A DNA stretch of 63,990 bases, the filler included, from Basidiobolus ranarum (lineage: Eukaryota): the NCBI GenBank assembly GCA_040143965.1. It is 5 parts of 5 records of this genome, joined end to end, with 100 filler letters (N's around TTAATTAATTAA, not from the genome) between each part and the next. Parts side by side here need not be neighbours in the genome. Positions count along the whole stretch, not along the records: positions 12,878 to 25,640 come from JASJQH010000522.1; positions 25,741 to 38,493 come from JASJQH010000523.1; positions 38,594 to 51,340 come from JASJQH010000524.1; 2 more parts are not named here. One strand, given 5' to 3'. The position numbers and the translations under genes are program-made. This document shows positions 22,858 through 39,317 of this stretch, piece by piece. Positions within the stretch are counted from its first letter, which is position 1. The number at the start of each line of letters is the position of its first letter. The notes below the pieces were generated by a model that saw only the letters and a list, made by a program, of their open reading frames with translations, did not search any database and had not been told where the DNA came from.

Positions 22858-24884
22858 CTTCGACAAACTGAGTAGTGATATTAGTACAGGTGCTGCATAG
22901 ATTTATATAACATTTGAAGTGGTGGTTTATCAGATGATCAGATTGGAGCAAAGTATATCTGATGTTAACCTGTTATTAATTCAAGCTTATTATGACCAAA
23001 TGGGGCAATCACACCTAAAGAATATACCCTTTTCGTAACAAACACTTGAGAAAATACCCCTTTTGCTGTTAAATGATGATTGTAAGATTAAATACAGATT
23101 ATGCAACGTTATGCACTGTTGACCCAACTTTCGGTACTACCCCAACTATAACTATAATGCTTAATATGAAAAGGAATATCCAAGACAAGTACTTTAGAAC
23201 TCGAGCTGTAATGTTGTGTGCTACAACTTCTGATAAATATTCCAAGTATGCTACTGTGTGTTGAGCATCATTTTTTTTCATACTCCCGGACAAAGTCGGG
23301 TTGCATGACGAAAGAGTGTCACTCAAGTACTTTAACAAAAGATTCATGAAGGCTTACAGCATCATTTTCAGTATATCGTGCTCGAAACAGGGTTGATCAT
23401 AATCCATTACTATCAGGTAATATTTATCGCTCTTCTGTTCAACTATTCCTCTTGGACTAGATCTAATGGAAAACATAAAGGCAGTGCCTGATAGCGTCTT
23501 TAGAAACTCTACAATCGACTATATGCAAATCCTACTTGTATAAATGTCTGCAAGTAAGCTTGAGATGAATTATTCCAACGTATCACTATTCTAGCCCGGA
23601 TCTACAAAAAAAGACACCGGGTGTGACGTGATAGTGGCAAGTTCGGTAGTGCCGATTTCATGTAACATATATAACATAATAATTCATTGGTTTCTGATGA
23701 GTGGGGAAGCGTTTTTTTGGCCCCTACCAGCTTTTTGGCCCCTACCTGCGAGGTCATCCAACGATATCCCAACAAAGCTGTTGTTGTTCATGTACTACAC
23801 CAGCGACATGGGGGCTTGCCATGCTAGTACCATAGAGTTTTCTGCTAGCATTAGTACTGCCAATGAATACCGAGTTAGATGGCGCTAATACGAAGACCTG
23901 TTTTCGTGTGCAGAATCAATACCAGTATCTAGGATATAGCTATCTACACTCTCACCAGCTTATGCTGGATAGTTGTAAATAGCAGCTTCATCTAATAATC
24001 TTTAAGAAATCCTTGAGAGATCCTAACCAGGAGGTTCCGATTAAAATTTACATGGAATATTCTTGTTCAGTTTCGATGGATTCGATATCAGAATGACTAC
24101 TCGATTCAGCAACCCAAGTGCTAGCTAACGTCTCGCCATAAACTTTGAAGGAGAATAGATTGAATTTGATATGAATGGCATTTCCCCCTCTACAACCGTG
24201 ATTCCACTGATCTAACTTGGATTTGGCAAAGCGATCCATAAAATCAATCTGGGCAAGCATAATAATCATGTGCACCTTGTGTATTATCAGCGACACTCTT
24301 TAGTTTGATAATATAGTGATTTTCCGGCTTATTACTTTGAGCTTCAATAAGTGGGGTCAACCAAAGAACCAAGAGCAAACTTTCAGAAGTTAACCACGAT
24401 CTGCAAGAAAATACGAAGACGATATAGATCAGGGAAAGAAAGGATCACTTGATCAATTTCCTCGGTAAGTGATCTACATTTAGTGCGCACTCTTTTTGGA
24501 ATCTAGTTCCCAAGATATGGGTCACAATAGGTGTCAATCATAGCTATTCCGTTTTAGCCCGAATTACGATATTAGAATATTAAGGAACCTGTTCAAACCA
24601 CAACTGGAAGTTGGAGAATTTGTGTTGGTTACCTTGGTACAAACACAATGTTGTAGGACCTTCACTGCCGTCCAGATATACAATCAGATTGACTTGAACT
24701 AACCCAACACTCAAATATCCACAACTCAAGTGCTACTTAACCGTAACTACAACAAACACTTAACCACACAATGAGCACTTCATGGCCTCAAGTTGGTGAT
24801 GTATCAGGATGTTACGTGCAAACGTAAGTGAAAAATCATTGGCTTTATGTATATTTCAATTGTAAAATATAATTTATAGCTTAG

Positions 24885-25323
24885 TTGGGTCCATTTTCTA
24901 CTATTCCAGAATCTAGCAGCTAATATAGCATCTGCAAAGGCCTCACTAACTTTGGTAGTACTGGAATCTTCGCTTGTGATGTCACCTTTAAGTTCATTGA
25001 CAGTGGTATCTCTTTTTGTAGGGTATACAAGCTTTACTTATCAATTGCACACCTTCCCCTGTAGCGGCTACGGGTTTTCCATAGCGATGGGCCTCACGGA
25101 CAAATTCAATCAGCTCATCATACTGGAAAGTAGAACCTGATGAAAGAAGAGTGTCTATCGATTTCTTTCCTCCAGGAATATAGACTGCATCATATAGGAT
25201 AGATGATATAGTGGTGATTGTATTGTTCACTGTCATCATTAGATTTTTGATTGTGCCAATATAAGTTCCAACAATATCTGAGTACACACCTTTCCAATTC
25301 AAATCATTGTAAACCACCTCCAC
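24885..25323 (-). pseudogene. Fragment of the large-subunit catalase C-terminal (DJ-1/GATase-like) domain, frameshifted and 5'-truncated
   Basis: YDAVYIPGG...FVREAHRYGKPVAATGEGVQLI, then after a frameshift ...EAFADAILAARFWNSR. Repeat debris lies directly upstream (25325-25640). Confidence 0.7.
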
Positions 25324-25339
25324 TTCTGAGTTAGTAAGT

Positions 25340-25640
25340 TCAAAAATATTTATATATCTGAGAACTTCCAGGTTGGTGTCAATATTCTAAGTAAATTCCT
25401 CTTGAGAATAGTGGGTAATATCTTAGTTCAATATAGGATAGCTAGATGCTAAGCTATTATGACTACATAGGTGGTTAGGCAATGCTAATTACACATAGAA
25501 TGTGTTAAAAAAGGTCTTAGGAGCACAATTTGATATTGAGAACTTGAGTAGCAGTGTAAACCAATTGTCACAATAAGGAACTGGACAAGGACTGGAAACA
25601 ACAACAGGAGGCTAGAAGGCAGGAGAGTACTTGGGTGTAG
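25340..25640. repeat. CpG-free dispersed repeat (TE debris)
   Basis: Homologous to 19478-19695; no CpG from ~25162 to the contig end. Confidence 0.65.
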
Positions 25641-25740
25641 NNNNNNNNNNNNNNNNNNNNNNNNNNNNNNNNNNNNNNNNNNNNTTAATTAATTAANNNN
25701 NNNNNNNNNNNNNNNNNNNNNNNNNNNNNNNNNNNNNNNN
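25641..25740. other. Artificial contig linker
   Basis: N44-TTAATTAATTAA-N44. Confidence 0.98.
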
Positions 25741-26185
25741 ATTCGATTTTTTTTCTATATCAATTGAGATAATTTTTTCTTGGTTAAATGGTGAGAAATA
25801 ATAGTTGAACATCTGGTAGAAAACAGCTGTTGTATAAAAAGAGTGTACAATAGAGATAGCATTTTTAAGATTGGTTTTCTAGATAGAGAGCAAGTATAAG
25901 AACTGTTAGTAATGGACTCTTGCGGTGACGCAAGAATTCAATGTTAGTATTAGCTTCATACATCATTTTCAAACATGTTTAAACACACGAGCTCGAGTAG
26001 GTTTATCATGGTTGAAATATTAGCATGAATTATACCATTATAATATATTAATTAATCAAAATATGCAGCATGAGTTCTTTTCACTTGTTTATTTATTTTT
26101 CATCAAATTTAAATGTATATACTTGCTAGGTTATCGCACTATAATATCCTAACAGTGACACTTGGTATCTTGCTACCAGTTGAAT

Positions 26186-26722
26186 ATGAAAGTGAAAATT
26201 AAAAGTAAACCGTCATTCTACTAGTGACTTTTCTGCATATACTAATTGTCGTCTTTTGTTTAGGGTAAGTCATATATATTCATAGTAAACTTGGATTAGT
26301 TACTTGGTGATATTCAGTTGTTGAACGATTTTCTTTCAAAGTTGGAATCCAGTCGCATTTTGGCGTTGGGACGTCAATGAAGACGATGTTTGCGGTATAT
26401 GCAGAGTGGCTTTTGATGGTTGTTGTCCAAGTTGTAAAACCCCGGGAGATGATTGTCCTTTAAGTAAGTATATATATATATATATGTGTGTGCTCTATTT
26501 GGTTCAAATTTACTCATGTACTTTTATAGTTTGGGGAAAATGCTCTCACTGCTTTCATATGCACTGTTTACTGAAATGGTTGGAAACCGAGAGCTCCCAA
26601 CAACAATGTCCTATGGATAGAAGACCTTGGGGTAAGCATCTTTTATTCCAAAGCAAATACTATTCTGAATAGCCATTCATTTGATATTGATACTCATTCT
26701 TCCCGTAGAAACTGCTACGTAG
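26186..26722 (+). CDS. APC11: Anaphase-promoting complex RING-H2 subunit 11
   Basis: Exons 26186-26204, 26264 (1 nt), 26342-26463, 26530-26631 and 26709-26722 give MKVKIKSWNPVAFWRWDVNEDDVCGICRVAFDGCCPSCKTPGDDCPLIWGKCSHCFHMHCLLKWL...CPMDRRPWETAT*. Confidence 0.95.
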
Positions 26723-27168
26723 TATATATTAGCGTCTGTAAAAACAAAGGATATTATATATATTCACTCTACTATTCATTCTTGGCTCAAAATCAGTGGT
26801 TTATCTCGATGTATAGCTTCAATTATCGTGATCTGTGTGTATCACTAAACAACGACTCAATGTGTGTAACATATGTAATGATTTCAAGATAATCATTAAA
26901 CAGCTAGATATGATCGTGAATTAAATAATTGAATAAAAAAAAAGGAGGATTACCGAAGTAAAAAAAAAAGATTGAATAGCTGACGAGGCTCAACAATATA
27001 ACGATAGCTCACTGAGATTGAACCAATGAATCTCCATGATGAAAATCTCGGTTCAATTTTAACATGGTATATATGATTTTTATGGAATATTATACGGAGT
27101 AACTCAGTTATTGCCAACGCAAGGAGAAACTTTGATATTTGTTTACTCTGTTAGGTTGTGGAAACAAT

Positions 27169-28714
27169 ATGTCGGAGCAAAACGAGAACCCGCCAGTGGA
27201 ACAACGCGATCCCGCTTACTTTCAGTACTATGGAATGTTAACTCACCAAGTAATTTTCTTTTTCTACTTACTAGTTTTGCGACCTTGTTAACATGGGTTG
27301 TTTCTCTGTAGCAAAATATGCTCCAGGATGTGGTGCGTACTAGTACCTACCGAAATGCCATTCTCAATAATGGTGCTTTATTCAAGGATAGACTAGTATT
27401 GGACGTCGGAGCAGGTTCGTTGCTTTTTTCTTCACCAACTTAAATCAAGCCTAATTTTATTGTGGGGTATTAGGCTCCGGTATACTTTCATACTTCGCCG
27501 CTCAAGCTGGGGCCAAAGTTTATGCCGTTGAAGCCTCTGGAATGGCGGAGAAGATGCAAAAAGTTGTTAACGAGGCCAACAAGAAGGACGGTACAGGGAA
27601 GAACGCTTGGATGAAAGACAGAATTCAAGTTGTCCAAGGTATGTAGAGTTGAGATTGATTTTAATTATTCCAAAATTAACGAAATACCGTTCGTTCATTA
27701 AAGATAAAATCGAAAGTCCGAATTTACCTGTACCTCAGGTAGATACCTTGATCTCCGAGCCAATTGGTGTTTTGCTAGTACACGAGAGAATGTTGGAGTC
27801 TTTTGTATACGCTAGAGGTATTGGTTTTGTTAAGTGTGTGTGATTTGTTCATCGTTTCTTACAAGCCGTTGAACATAGATAAGTACTTGAAGCCGGGTGG
27901 TGCAATCCTTCCATCCCAAGGATCCATCGAATTGGCACCATTCACCGACTTTGCATTGTGGACCGAAACCATGGGTAAAGTCAGATTCTGGCAACACTCC
28001 AACTTCTATGGTGTGGATTTGAGACCTCTTCAAGAGGATGCCAGGGAAGAGATGTTTGGTATGCCAGTGGTTGGTCACTTTGATCCTAAATCTTTGATGG
28101 CTCTGCCCACCCCCGGAGGATTCAACGTGGATTTCTATACCATCACATTGCCGCAATTACGTGACTTCACAATACCCATCTATTGGCAAATCAAATATAC
28201 TGGAATTATGCATGGTGTAGCCGGGTGGTTCGATTTGTCATTTATTCCACCAGTCGGTACATTGAACCCAGTGAATATTGATATGTCCACCGGCCCTGCT
28301 GCTGAAAGAACTCACTGGCAACAGGTACGTTTCTTGTTCAAGGAGCCTCTTGCCGTCAACTCCAATCAGGTGGTAAAAGGATGGATGAGATGTGTTGTAA
28401 ATGAAATGAGAAGTTATTTCGTGGATGCTGAAATCGCAGTGTGTGATGAAAATTTCAACGTTACTCCCGAAACCATCGAAAGCCTCCCTATCTCCTCTCG
28501 AAGAAAAGGAAGATGGAACCTTCACGAGCAAACCTACAACTACAACTATGTACCAGAGTATGCAGGTAATCAGGACCTATTCAGACCAGAGAATAACTTC
28601 CTCTACGAACCGGAGAATGAGTTCGTTAAACTAGATATGGATCAGATTTCCGAGGATATGATGACCATGGTCGAGTCAGTAGCCGAAGCAGTAGCACTTC
28701 CAAACTTTAATTAA
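27169..28714 (+). CDS. CARM1: Protein arginine methyltransferase, CARM1/PRMT4 type
   Basis: [77 protein letters not shown]. Five introns. Confidence 0.9.
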
Positions 28715-29076
28715 AGTCAATCATAATCATTTGTTTAGAAACACCAACTATCTACTCAGCCCTCAACCCTAGCCATTCCACTCTACCATATCCTTCCCTT
28801 TTTATTCTTTAATGATACACAAATAGAAATTGTCTTCGTTTATTACCAACTCTGTTGTTGGGTAGATGAGTGGCGCTTATTCAAACGAACTATTCCTCGG
28901 CATAAAGAATGAAGTGATCGTTATGTAAGAGATGTGAATGTGAATCGTTTAATGGCTTGGATGGGTGAAACAACCATCTGTATGGGAGGTGGAAAGTAAA
29001 ATAAATATGGCTAATAATATAAAAGCGCTAATGGCCACGAATAGAAAATGTACATGAGAAATGCTTTTGGATGGAA

Positions 29077-30551
29077 CTACTTGGTTCTTGTGACTACTTT
29101 ATGTGCCAATTGGATCATGGCTTCTCGGGCTTGAGAGGGTGGTAACTGCTTCACGGCATTGATGGCTTTCTGGCAATAAGATTCAGCTAGCTTACGGGTC
29201 TGCTCGATGCCATTACTACGCCATACAAGATCGTATGCCTACATTCATTCCCAAATTTATTAGAGAAACAGTAAAGAAGAGTCCGTCTATCATAAAGCCC
29301 CTTACCATATCAATGTCTCCTGGGTCGGAAAATTTACGCTTAATCAATTGCCCGAGTTCTGGAAACTCTTCCCATGCAAAAAGTACAGGCGCGGTAGCTA
29401 AACCGAGCTTTAAATCAGCACCTACCGGCTTTCCAAACTCATCAGCACTGGTGGTATAATCAAGCATATCGTCCACTAACTGTGCAAATAACATGATTAC
29501 TATTGTAGAAATTATGGTTGGAATCACCATCATTTCGAGCACCTACCTGGAACGCCAAACCGAGATCTTTTCCGAACGAGTAAGCCAGTTCGGCGATGGG
29601 TGCTGTACTTCCGCCGAGGATGGCGGCGGCTTTACAGCTGTTGGCAATTAAACTGGCAGTTTTGAGATAGGTCTTTTCCATATAATGCTCGAAGGTAGAC
29701 ATCTCTGGTTTTTCATGATCACTTTGTTTAGTGTTCTTTAATTGTTTGACCTCGCCATCCACAAGATCTTCCATTACCTTCGCTAGAAGTTCTGTGACTT
29801 CGGGGTTTCTGAGACGGGCAAGGGCAATGGATGATCGTGCTAGAATGAAATCACCTGCAAGTACTGCTGACCTATTGCCGAAAGTAGCATTAGTGGAAGA
29901 CGAGCCACGACGCTTTGGAGAATCATCTACTACATCGTCATGCACTAAGGAGGAGGTATGTATCATCTCGACGATTTCGGACAATCGACGTTGGGTAGGT
30001 AAGATACCACAACCCTCAGAATTCACAATGCAACGATAAAAGTCATCATCCCTATTCTTTAGCCAGGAGCTATTGTTTGAAGTTAACTTGGTATCCATAA
30101 TCTCATATGTTTCGTGAAGTTTGAAGGAGTCGGTTTTTGGAGCCAAGCTAGTAGCTTGAGACATCAACAAAACTAACAATGGTCGAATGTATTTACCGGG
30201 CTGTTCAAAATAGTATTTACTTACTTCATAAAGTTGACTATCTTCCGTGTTCAACAAACCTCGAATGTTGGGAGTTATTTGGGTGATATTCTCTCCAAGC
30301 AAATGCTTATTATCAATTATAACTGTAGGCTCATATTGCGCTAATGGTTCAGCTTCCATCACAGCTTGTGTCCAGTTGCTTGCTCTACCAGTAAATTGAG
30401 CTTTGACTGGTCTTGGACGAGAAGGTGATTTCGATGCACTATGGTAGTTTTTAACAGATTGCAAACAAGTACTGGAACAGCGCAACGAAACACTGACTAC
30501 ACTCTGGACTCGAGCTGATGTCACCATCCTGGGTACGGAAAGAAATACCAT
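29077..30551 (-). CDS. COQ1: Mitochondrial trans-polyprenyl diphosphate synthase
   Basis: GKYIRP, EMIHTSSLVHDDVVDD, KTASL, GLAFQ|LVDDMLD, DLKLGLATAPVL, ending TRTK*. N-terminal presequence-like region. Confidence 0.92.
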
Positions 30552-30931
30552 GAGACAATAGAAATGATCAATTAGGTTATTCCTAGGTGTATATTAAACG
30601 CATAAAGCTCTTTCTTCTGGACAGCAGAACATGTTTATGAATGTGTATAAAGACTTTTGAAATTTTTTCCTTTGGTGATATAGATTACTAAGTTTAGTAA
30701 GGACATACTTCCCCACCCATATGATTGGCTAAAGCATTCACATGTGGTTAGATTTATCCTATGTAGGAATTCGAATGATTTTGTTCTAAGCATTAACGAA
30801 AGTTGGGTCGAGATAAGAGTTTTGAATGAATAATTAATTTAATAGACGAATTAATGTAATTCACGTGAAAGTCAATTGACTCCCGCCAAGTGTCCCAGTA
30901 GTATATGTTTATCTGCGGGAAAAATGACAAA

Positions 30932-32385
30932 TCATTGCGATAAGAAGTAGAGATCTCCCAATGCATTTGCGTAATAGTCTGGTTTAATCGGTTGCTCTTG
31001 ATCCATGATTTCCTGTTCCTTACTGATGCCTGTATGTCGAAATGTCATCAGAATAACAACTAAAGTGCAGTCAAACTTAAAGAGGCGCTACTAACCGGTT
31101 AATACCAGAAGAGTTTTCAACCCTCCATTGATACCAAACAGAATGTCAGTGTTGAGGCTAGAAATGTATATTAGATGGTTTTGAAAATAATGGTGGGAAT
31201 TAGCGAGTTCTTACCGATCGCCAACCATGCAGGTTCTGTTCTTATCTAAATGATACCTGGAATAGAGTTGAAGTCAACGTGCTCTCAGAATGCATCAGGA
31301 TTTCACTTACTTGTCCACAATACAATCAATCATGGGTTTTTCCGGCTTGCCCATTACTATAGGTCTGCGGCCGAGTGCGGTGAGAACCGGAGAAATGATT
31401 GCTCCAGTACCTGTGGAAGTGTTACCTTCAATGTTATAGTACTATTGCTAATGATAAGCAACTACTTACCTGGGTAAACGGTACCATGTATTGGGTAGGT
31501 GCTGTCTTCATTGGTGGCGATAAGCTTACAATCAGGATTACTGTGTACGTAGGTGAAGGCTTTGGCGTATTTGCGGTAGTTGAGTTGAATATCAAAGCCA
31601 AGGATAACTGCGCCAATCTGAAAGTGCGAATGTTAAACCATCTATATAATAGTCAATCAAAGTGTTGAATCCGCTGAGGTATTACCGAATAATCCGGTTT
31701 GATAGTGTCAAGAGTATCGAAATCAATAGGCTCGGTGTCTTCCTAAAAATATAGATTCACTTAAATACCATTGTAATCGTCTCCTCGATACATCCCTACA
31801 CCTACCCCAATACCACAAACATTAATGTTTTCAGCCTCGAGTTCTTCCTTTAGCCCCTTATCACCAAAGGCATAGACTCTCTTGTCTGAAGGGAAGTTGA
31901 GAATGTTTTTTACATAGTATGCGGTGGCATAGGCCGATCCGAAAATTTCATCCTGTTCAAAATAAAACGTCGTTAAATCATTACAATCGGATTCTTTTTA
32001 GGTAAGTAAGATAGCTACCACTGTGGCATCAATATTCATAGATTGTAGTTTTTTCAAATACATGGAGCGAGACTTTGTGCTATTATTGGTAACAAACAAA
32101 ATGCGTTTCCCTAATTAATTGGCCAGTTAGAGAGGCATTCTAGTTACTTCTTCTAGTAAACTTGTAGCTTCAATACCTTGTTGTCTAAGGAGGCTCAAAG
32201 TTTCACGCACTCCATCTAATACGCGGTTTCCCTCCCACAATACACCTAAAGTGAAAGAAACCCCTGTTACTGGGAGACCCGTGGTATAAATTTTAGCAAA
32301 GGAACATACCATCACAATCAAAAAGAAATGTGTCAAAGGTATTGAGGAAATTGTTGGCTTCTTCGGCTGTAGTGATTTTTTGCAT
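30932..32385 (-). CDS. PHO13: HAD-family p-nitrophenyl/phosphoglycolate phosphatase
   Basis: FLFDCD|GVLWEG, FVTNNSTKSR, IATNEDSTYP, GKPEKPM, MVGDR|LNTDILFG, spread over about 10 exons. Confidence 0.9.
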
Positions 32386-32602
32386 AGTAAAAACTATCAA
32401 GTCAAAGAGTGAAGTGTTCTATTTCCAGAGAATAGTCGAATATGTAGAAATGATTATAAAAATCAGAATCAATAGTGATTTTTGACGTAGGTCCCACGTG
32501 AATTGTATGACTCAAGTTTTTATTTTAGATGTATCGCTACTCGTCGTATATAAAAGGAAGGAACTGAATGGATATGTTGATAGTAACGCATATGAAGATA
32601 TA

Positions 32603-33973
32603 CTAAAAGACTCCGAAAAAACCACGTCGGCGAGATTGGCTACTATTAGCGATGTTGAATTTCTCCACAAGCTGATACAATTGTTAGGTAAGTCTACTGT
32701 TGCCTGATTAGTGAATATTAATAAGTTACCTCTTGGATTGAACTAATTCCCTTCGTCAGAGTGGCCAAGTAAGAGATCAATAATACGTCATTATATTCTG
32801 TCATGTATCTATCCCGGAATTCAGGACCATCCATGGCTGGTAGTTGATTACACAAGCTTGCGATTTCACGCAAGATTTGTGGATCTTCTGGTATGCTTCC
32901 ATTTTTTACGTTCTCGATGTATTGTTTCAAGAAGTCCACTCGAACGTGTAGCATTTTGATAGCATTCCGTTGATTCGTTAAATGAGCGATCACTGAAAAT
33001 CATTAGTATGATAGTATGGATAAGTGCTAGGCATAGTAAGAGAATTAACTACATACATGCTGAGTTACTTTCTCCACTCTCATTTACTGTGTGGGCAACG
33101 TGATCCACAGCTATACGCTCAGCCTCTCCAGTTTCTATTTTATACTGTGATTGAATAAACAGTGTTTGCGCCTGTTCATCTACAATGTCGATAAACGTTT
33201 CGTATATCGTTATAGGTAAGTTACGTGTAGCTGTCAGGTCATGAGGGTCAAGCTGTAAGAATAGTGGGCTTTCATTGTAGGCCATGAGCTTGTAACAAGT
33301 AAAATGTTATTTAGACTGGTATCTAAACAACAAAGTATTTATAGTCCTAACCTGTCTGTGAATCGTTAAGTCGGATGGTGAAGGTAGTGAACCGACCGAA
33401 TACCATCCTAGAAAGTCATATTTTGGGAACACTTGGCGAACTGAAGGATGTATTGGATTGTTTAAATTAGTAAAGGTATGAGAGAGCATCTTTTTGCATC
33501 AGCTTGTCCATTAGTAAGGGGAACATACACTGCTCTTGTTTCGTAATGAAATAGTTGCTATCTACTTCCACTTGTCCTTCCACTATGGAAAACGCTAATT
33601 CATAAGAATTAAATATTTCGATTTCACGTCCGCTTTGAACTCCTAATAGAGCTCCTAGAACTTATCATAGAATTAAAATAGGTTTGCCCATCAGTTTCAG
33701 GTCACTAGCAATAGGTAAAATTATCAAATTTACTCTGTGGTTGTGTGCATTGTTGCTGGACCTTAATGCGAGAAAAATGATCTGAAATGTTCATTAAAGT
33801 CAAAGGATGTCTGTAGTAAATAAAATTCCATTAATTAAGCTAGCCTGATGCAGGAAGGTATGTAAAATGAATATATACAACGAAACGAGGATTCCAGAAT
33901 TGTTTTCGGCGTTAGAAATAACACCATTTGTGGGCTTTGTAGCATCTTGTGGGGTGATGTCCATGCTAGTCAT
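32603..33973 (-). CDS. CSN6: COP9 signalosome subunit 6 (MPN domain)
   Basis: HPLTLMNISDH, GALLGVQSGREIEIFNSYEL, FLGWYSVG, IETGEAERIAVDHVA, NAIKMLHVRV, EYNDVLLISYL. Confidence 0.92.
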
Positions 33974-34201
33974 AGTATTACCGTTGCCTAAGGAAATTGC
34001 GAGAAGAGGTTGTGTATGTAACTCAGGCAAAAATACATATAACGGTCGTTCTTTCAATATTTAATTGGTGGGTACATAGTAATCCTAAATTTACGTCACA
34101 ATCCACATATTTAAATAAGTTTATTCATACACAAAGTAAATCTCTATAGCCTATTGATCTAATAATATGGCCAAAATAGTATATGGTGTTGATTATATAC
34201 A

Positions 34202-37685
<3,484 letters not shown>

Positions 37686-38205
37686 GTAGTTTCTAACTGT
37701 TTTTCCTGAAAGAGCTTGCTCGTTATTTCTAGTATGTTTCGGGAAATGCTTATCAAATCAATCACACAATAACTCTTCGTTTTTTTGATTTACAATATGT
37801 TTATTGAGGGATGATTTTGATTTGACTACCATCCATTAGGCTATTAGTGATTCGATTTTGTGGTGTCATGTCCTTTATTGCATTATTGAATGGAATATCC
37901 TTGACTATGGATGTCGTAGAGTAGGTGAATGCTCTGTTCTAAAGACCGAGAAATTCTTGAACTCATCAACCAGTGAACAATCGTCATAGATATTATCAGT
38001 AACTATGTACAAGAAGTCCCATTTTTCTTCTATCACCTATAACTAAAACGCTATAGTTAGTATCACTGTTAGAGAGCACAAGCACTCTGTTAGTGAACCT
38101 CAGACCAAGTAAAGGATACAAAAATACAACACATTCCATCACTATAATGATGAGTCATAAAATTAACTGACAATGCCTTTTATTGTGTACATTATTCATG
38201 AAAAC

Positions 38206-38493
38206 TTAAGCAGTGAGAACGACAACACCACCGGTTTCCTTAATCTTTTGCTCAGCACGACGAGAGACATAACGAGCCTTGACAATAACGGGCTGTTCGG
38301 GAAGACGACCTTTACCAAGGACCTTTCCGAAACCGGCACGAAGAGTATCAATAACAGGAACGACTTCCTTGTTATCAGCGTACTTGACACGAGTTTGCTC
38401 GGACACCAAAGTCCACAATTTGTCAAGGTTGACAACAGGGCGGTAGTGCTTGTTGCGAGTCAAATGGAATTGACGCATACCAACCTTACCGAA
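38206..38493 (-). CDS. RPL28: 60S ribosomal protein uL15 (L28/L27a), 3' part, cut by contig end
   Basis: [11 protein letters not shown]...[10 protein letters not shown]...[12 protein letters not shown]...GGVVVLTA*. Confidence 0.95.
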   Translation of the reverse strand, partial: FGKVGMRQFHLTRNKHYRPVVNLDKLWTLVSEQTRVKYADNKEVVPVIDTLRAGFGKVLGKGRLPEQPVIVKARYVSRRAEQKIKETGGVVVLTA

Positions 38494-38593
38494 NNNNNNN
38501 NNNNNNNNNNNNNNNNNNNNNNNNNNNNNNNNNNNNNTTAATTAATTAANNNNNNNNNNNNNNNNNNNNNNNNNNNNNNNNNNNNNNNNNNNN
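38494..38593. other. Artificial contig linker
   Basis: N44-TTAATTAATTAA-N44. Confidence 0.98.
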
Positions 38594-38774
38594 TTGACTA
38601 GTTTGACTACCGCGAACGAACAAAGCGGTCTTGGTGTTTTCCACAACTTTAGGCTCCCGTTTCTCAAAAGCACGCTTGGAACGGGCGGTTTTAGGCTTAC
38701 TGTAAATAGGTACGGTTAGCTTTTTTCTACGCAGGGTTGGATATTGAATAGTAATCTTACATGGCTCTTAACAT
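38594..38774 (-). CDS. RPF2: Brix-domain ribosome biogenesis factor, 5' part, cut by contig end
   Basis: MLRAI|KPKTARSKRAFEKREPKVVENTKTALFVRG, with one GT-AG intron. Confidence 0.85.
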
Positions 38775-39317
38775 TCTTTTTCTTTAAATAAAATAACGAG
38801 TTCGGTGAGAAAGAGTCTAAACAAGACTAGTATGTATACACAAAAAAAAAAGAAATAATTGATTTTTCGAAACCCAGTCTTTCTATATCACTTCAGAGCT
38901 ATATATGAAAAAAAAATTAGCATTCAATCACTCATGTTAGTCTTGATTTACACTTTTTTTTCTTTCTAGAGAATTTTTTTCTTAATTCAGATCAGTATGT
39001 AATTTGATTTAAAAGTTAAGCAGAATATTTATCCACCAACACTGTGGATTTAGACTTATGATAGTAGAAATTGATCATTGGAAACATAGCATGCTCTGTC
39101 GGGTGTGATTTAATTTATGCACATGTATGAATCGTTATCTAAGTTGTTTAAAAGTTTATTTTTGTGTAGGTATTTATATAAGGTGAAAGCAGTTCGATAT
39201 ATCTAAGTATCAATGGCAAAAATCCAGAAACTCTGATTATTTTTCTATGAATATGATTGAAGTTAAAAGACATAAGATGTGATGCATAAGCGTAATTCTA
39301 AAGGAACGATTGAAGCA

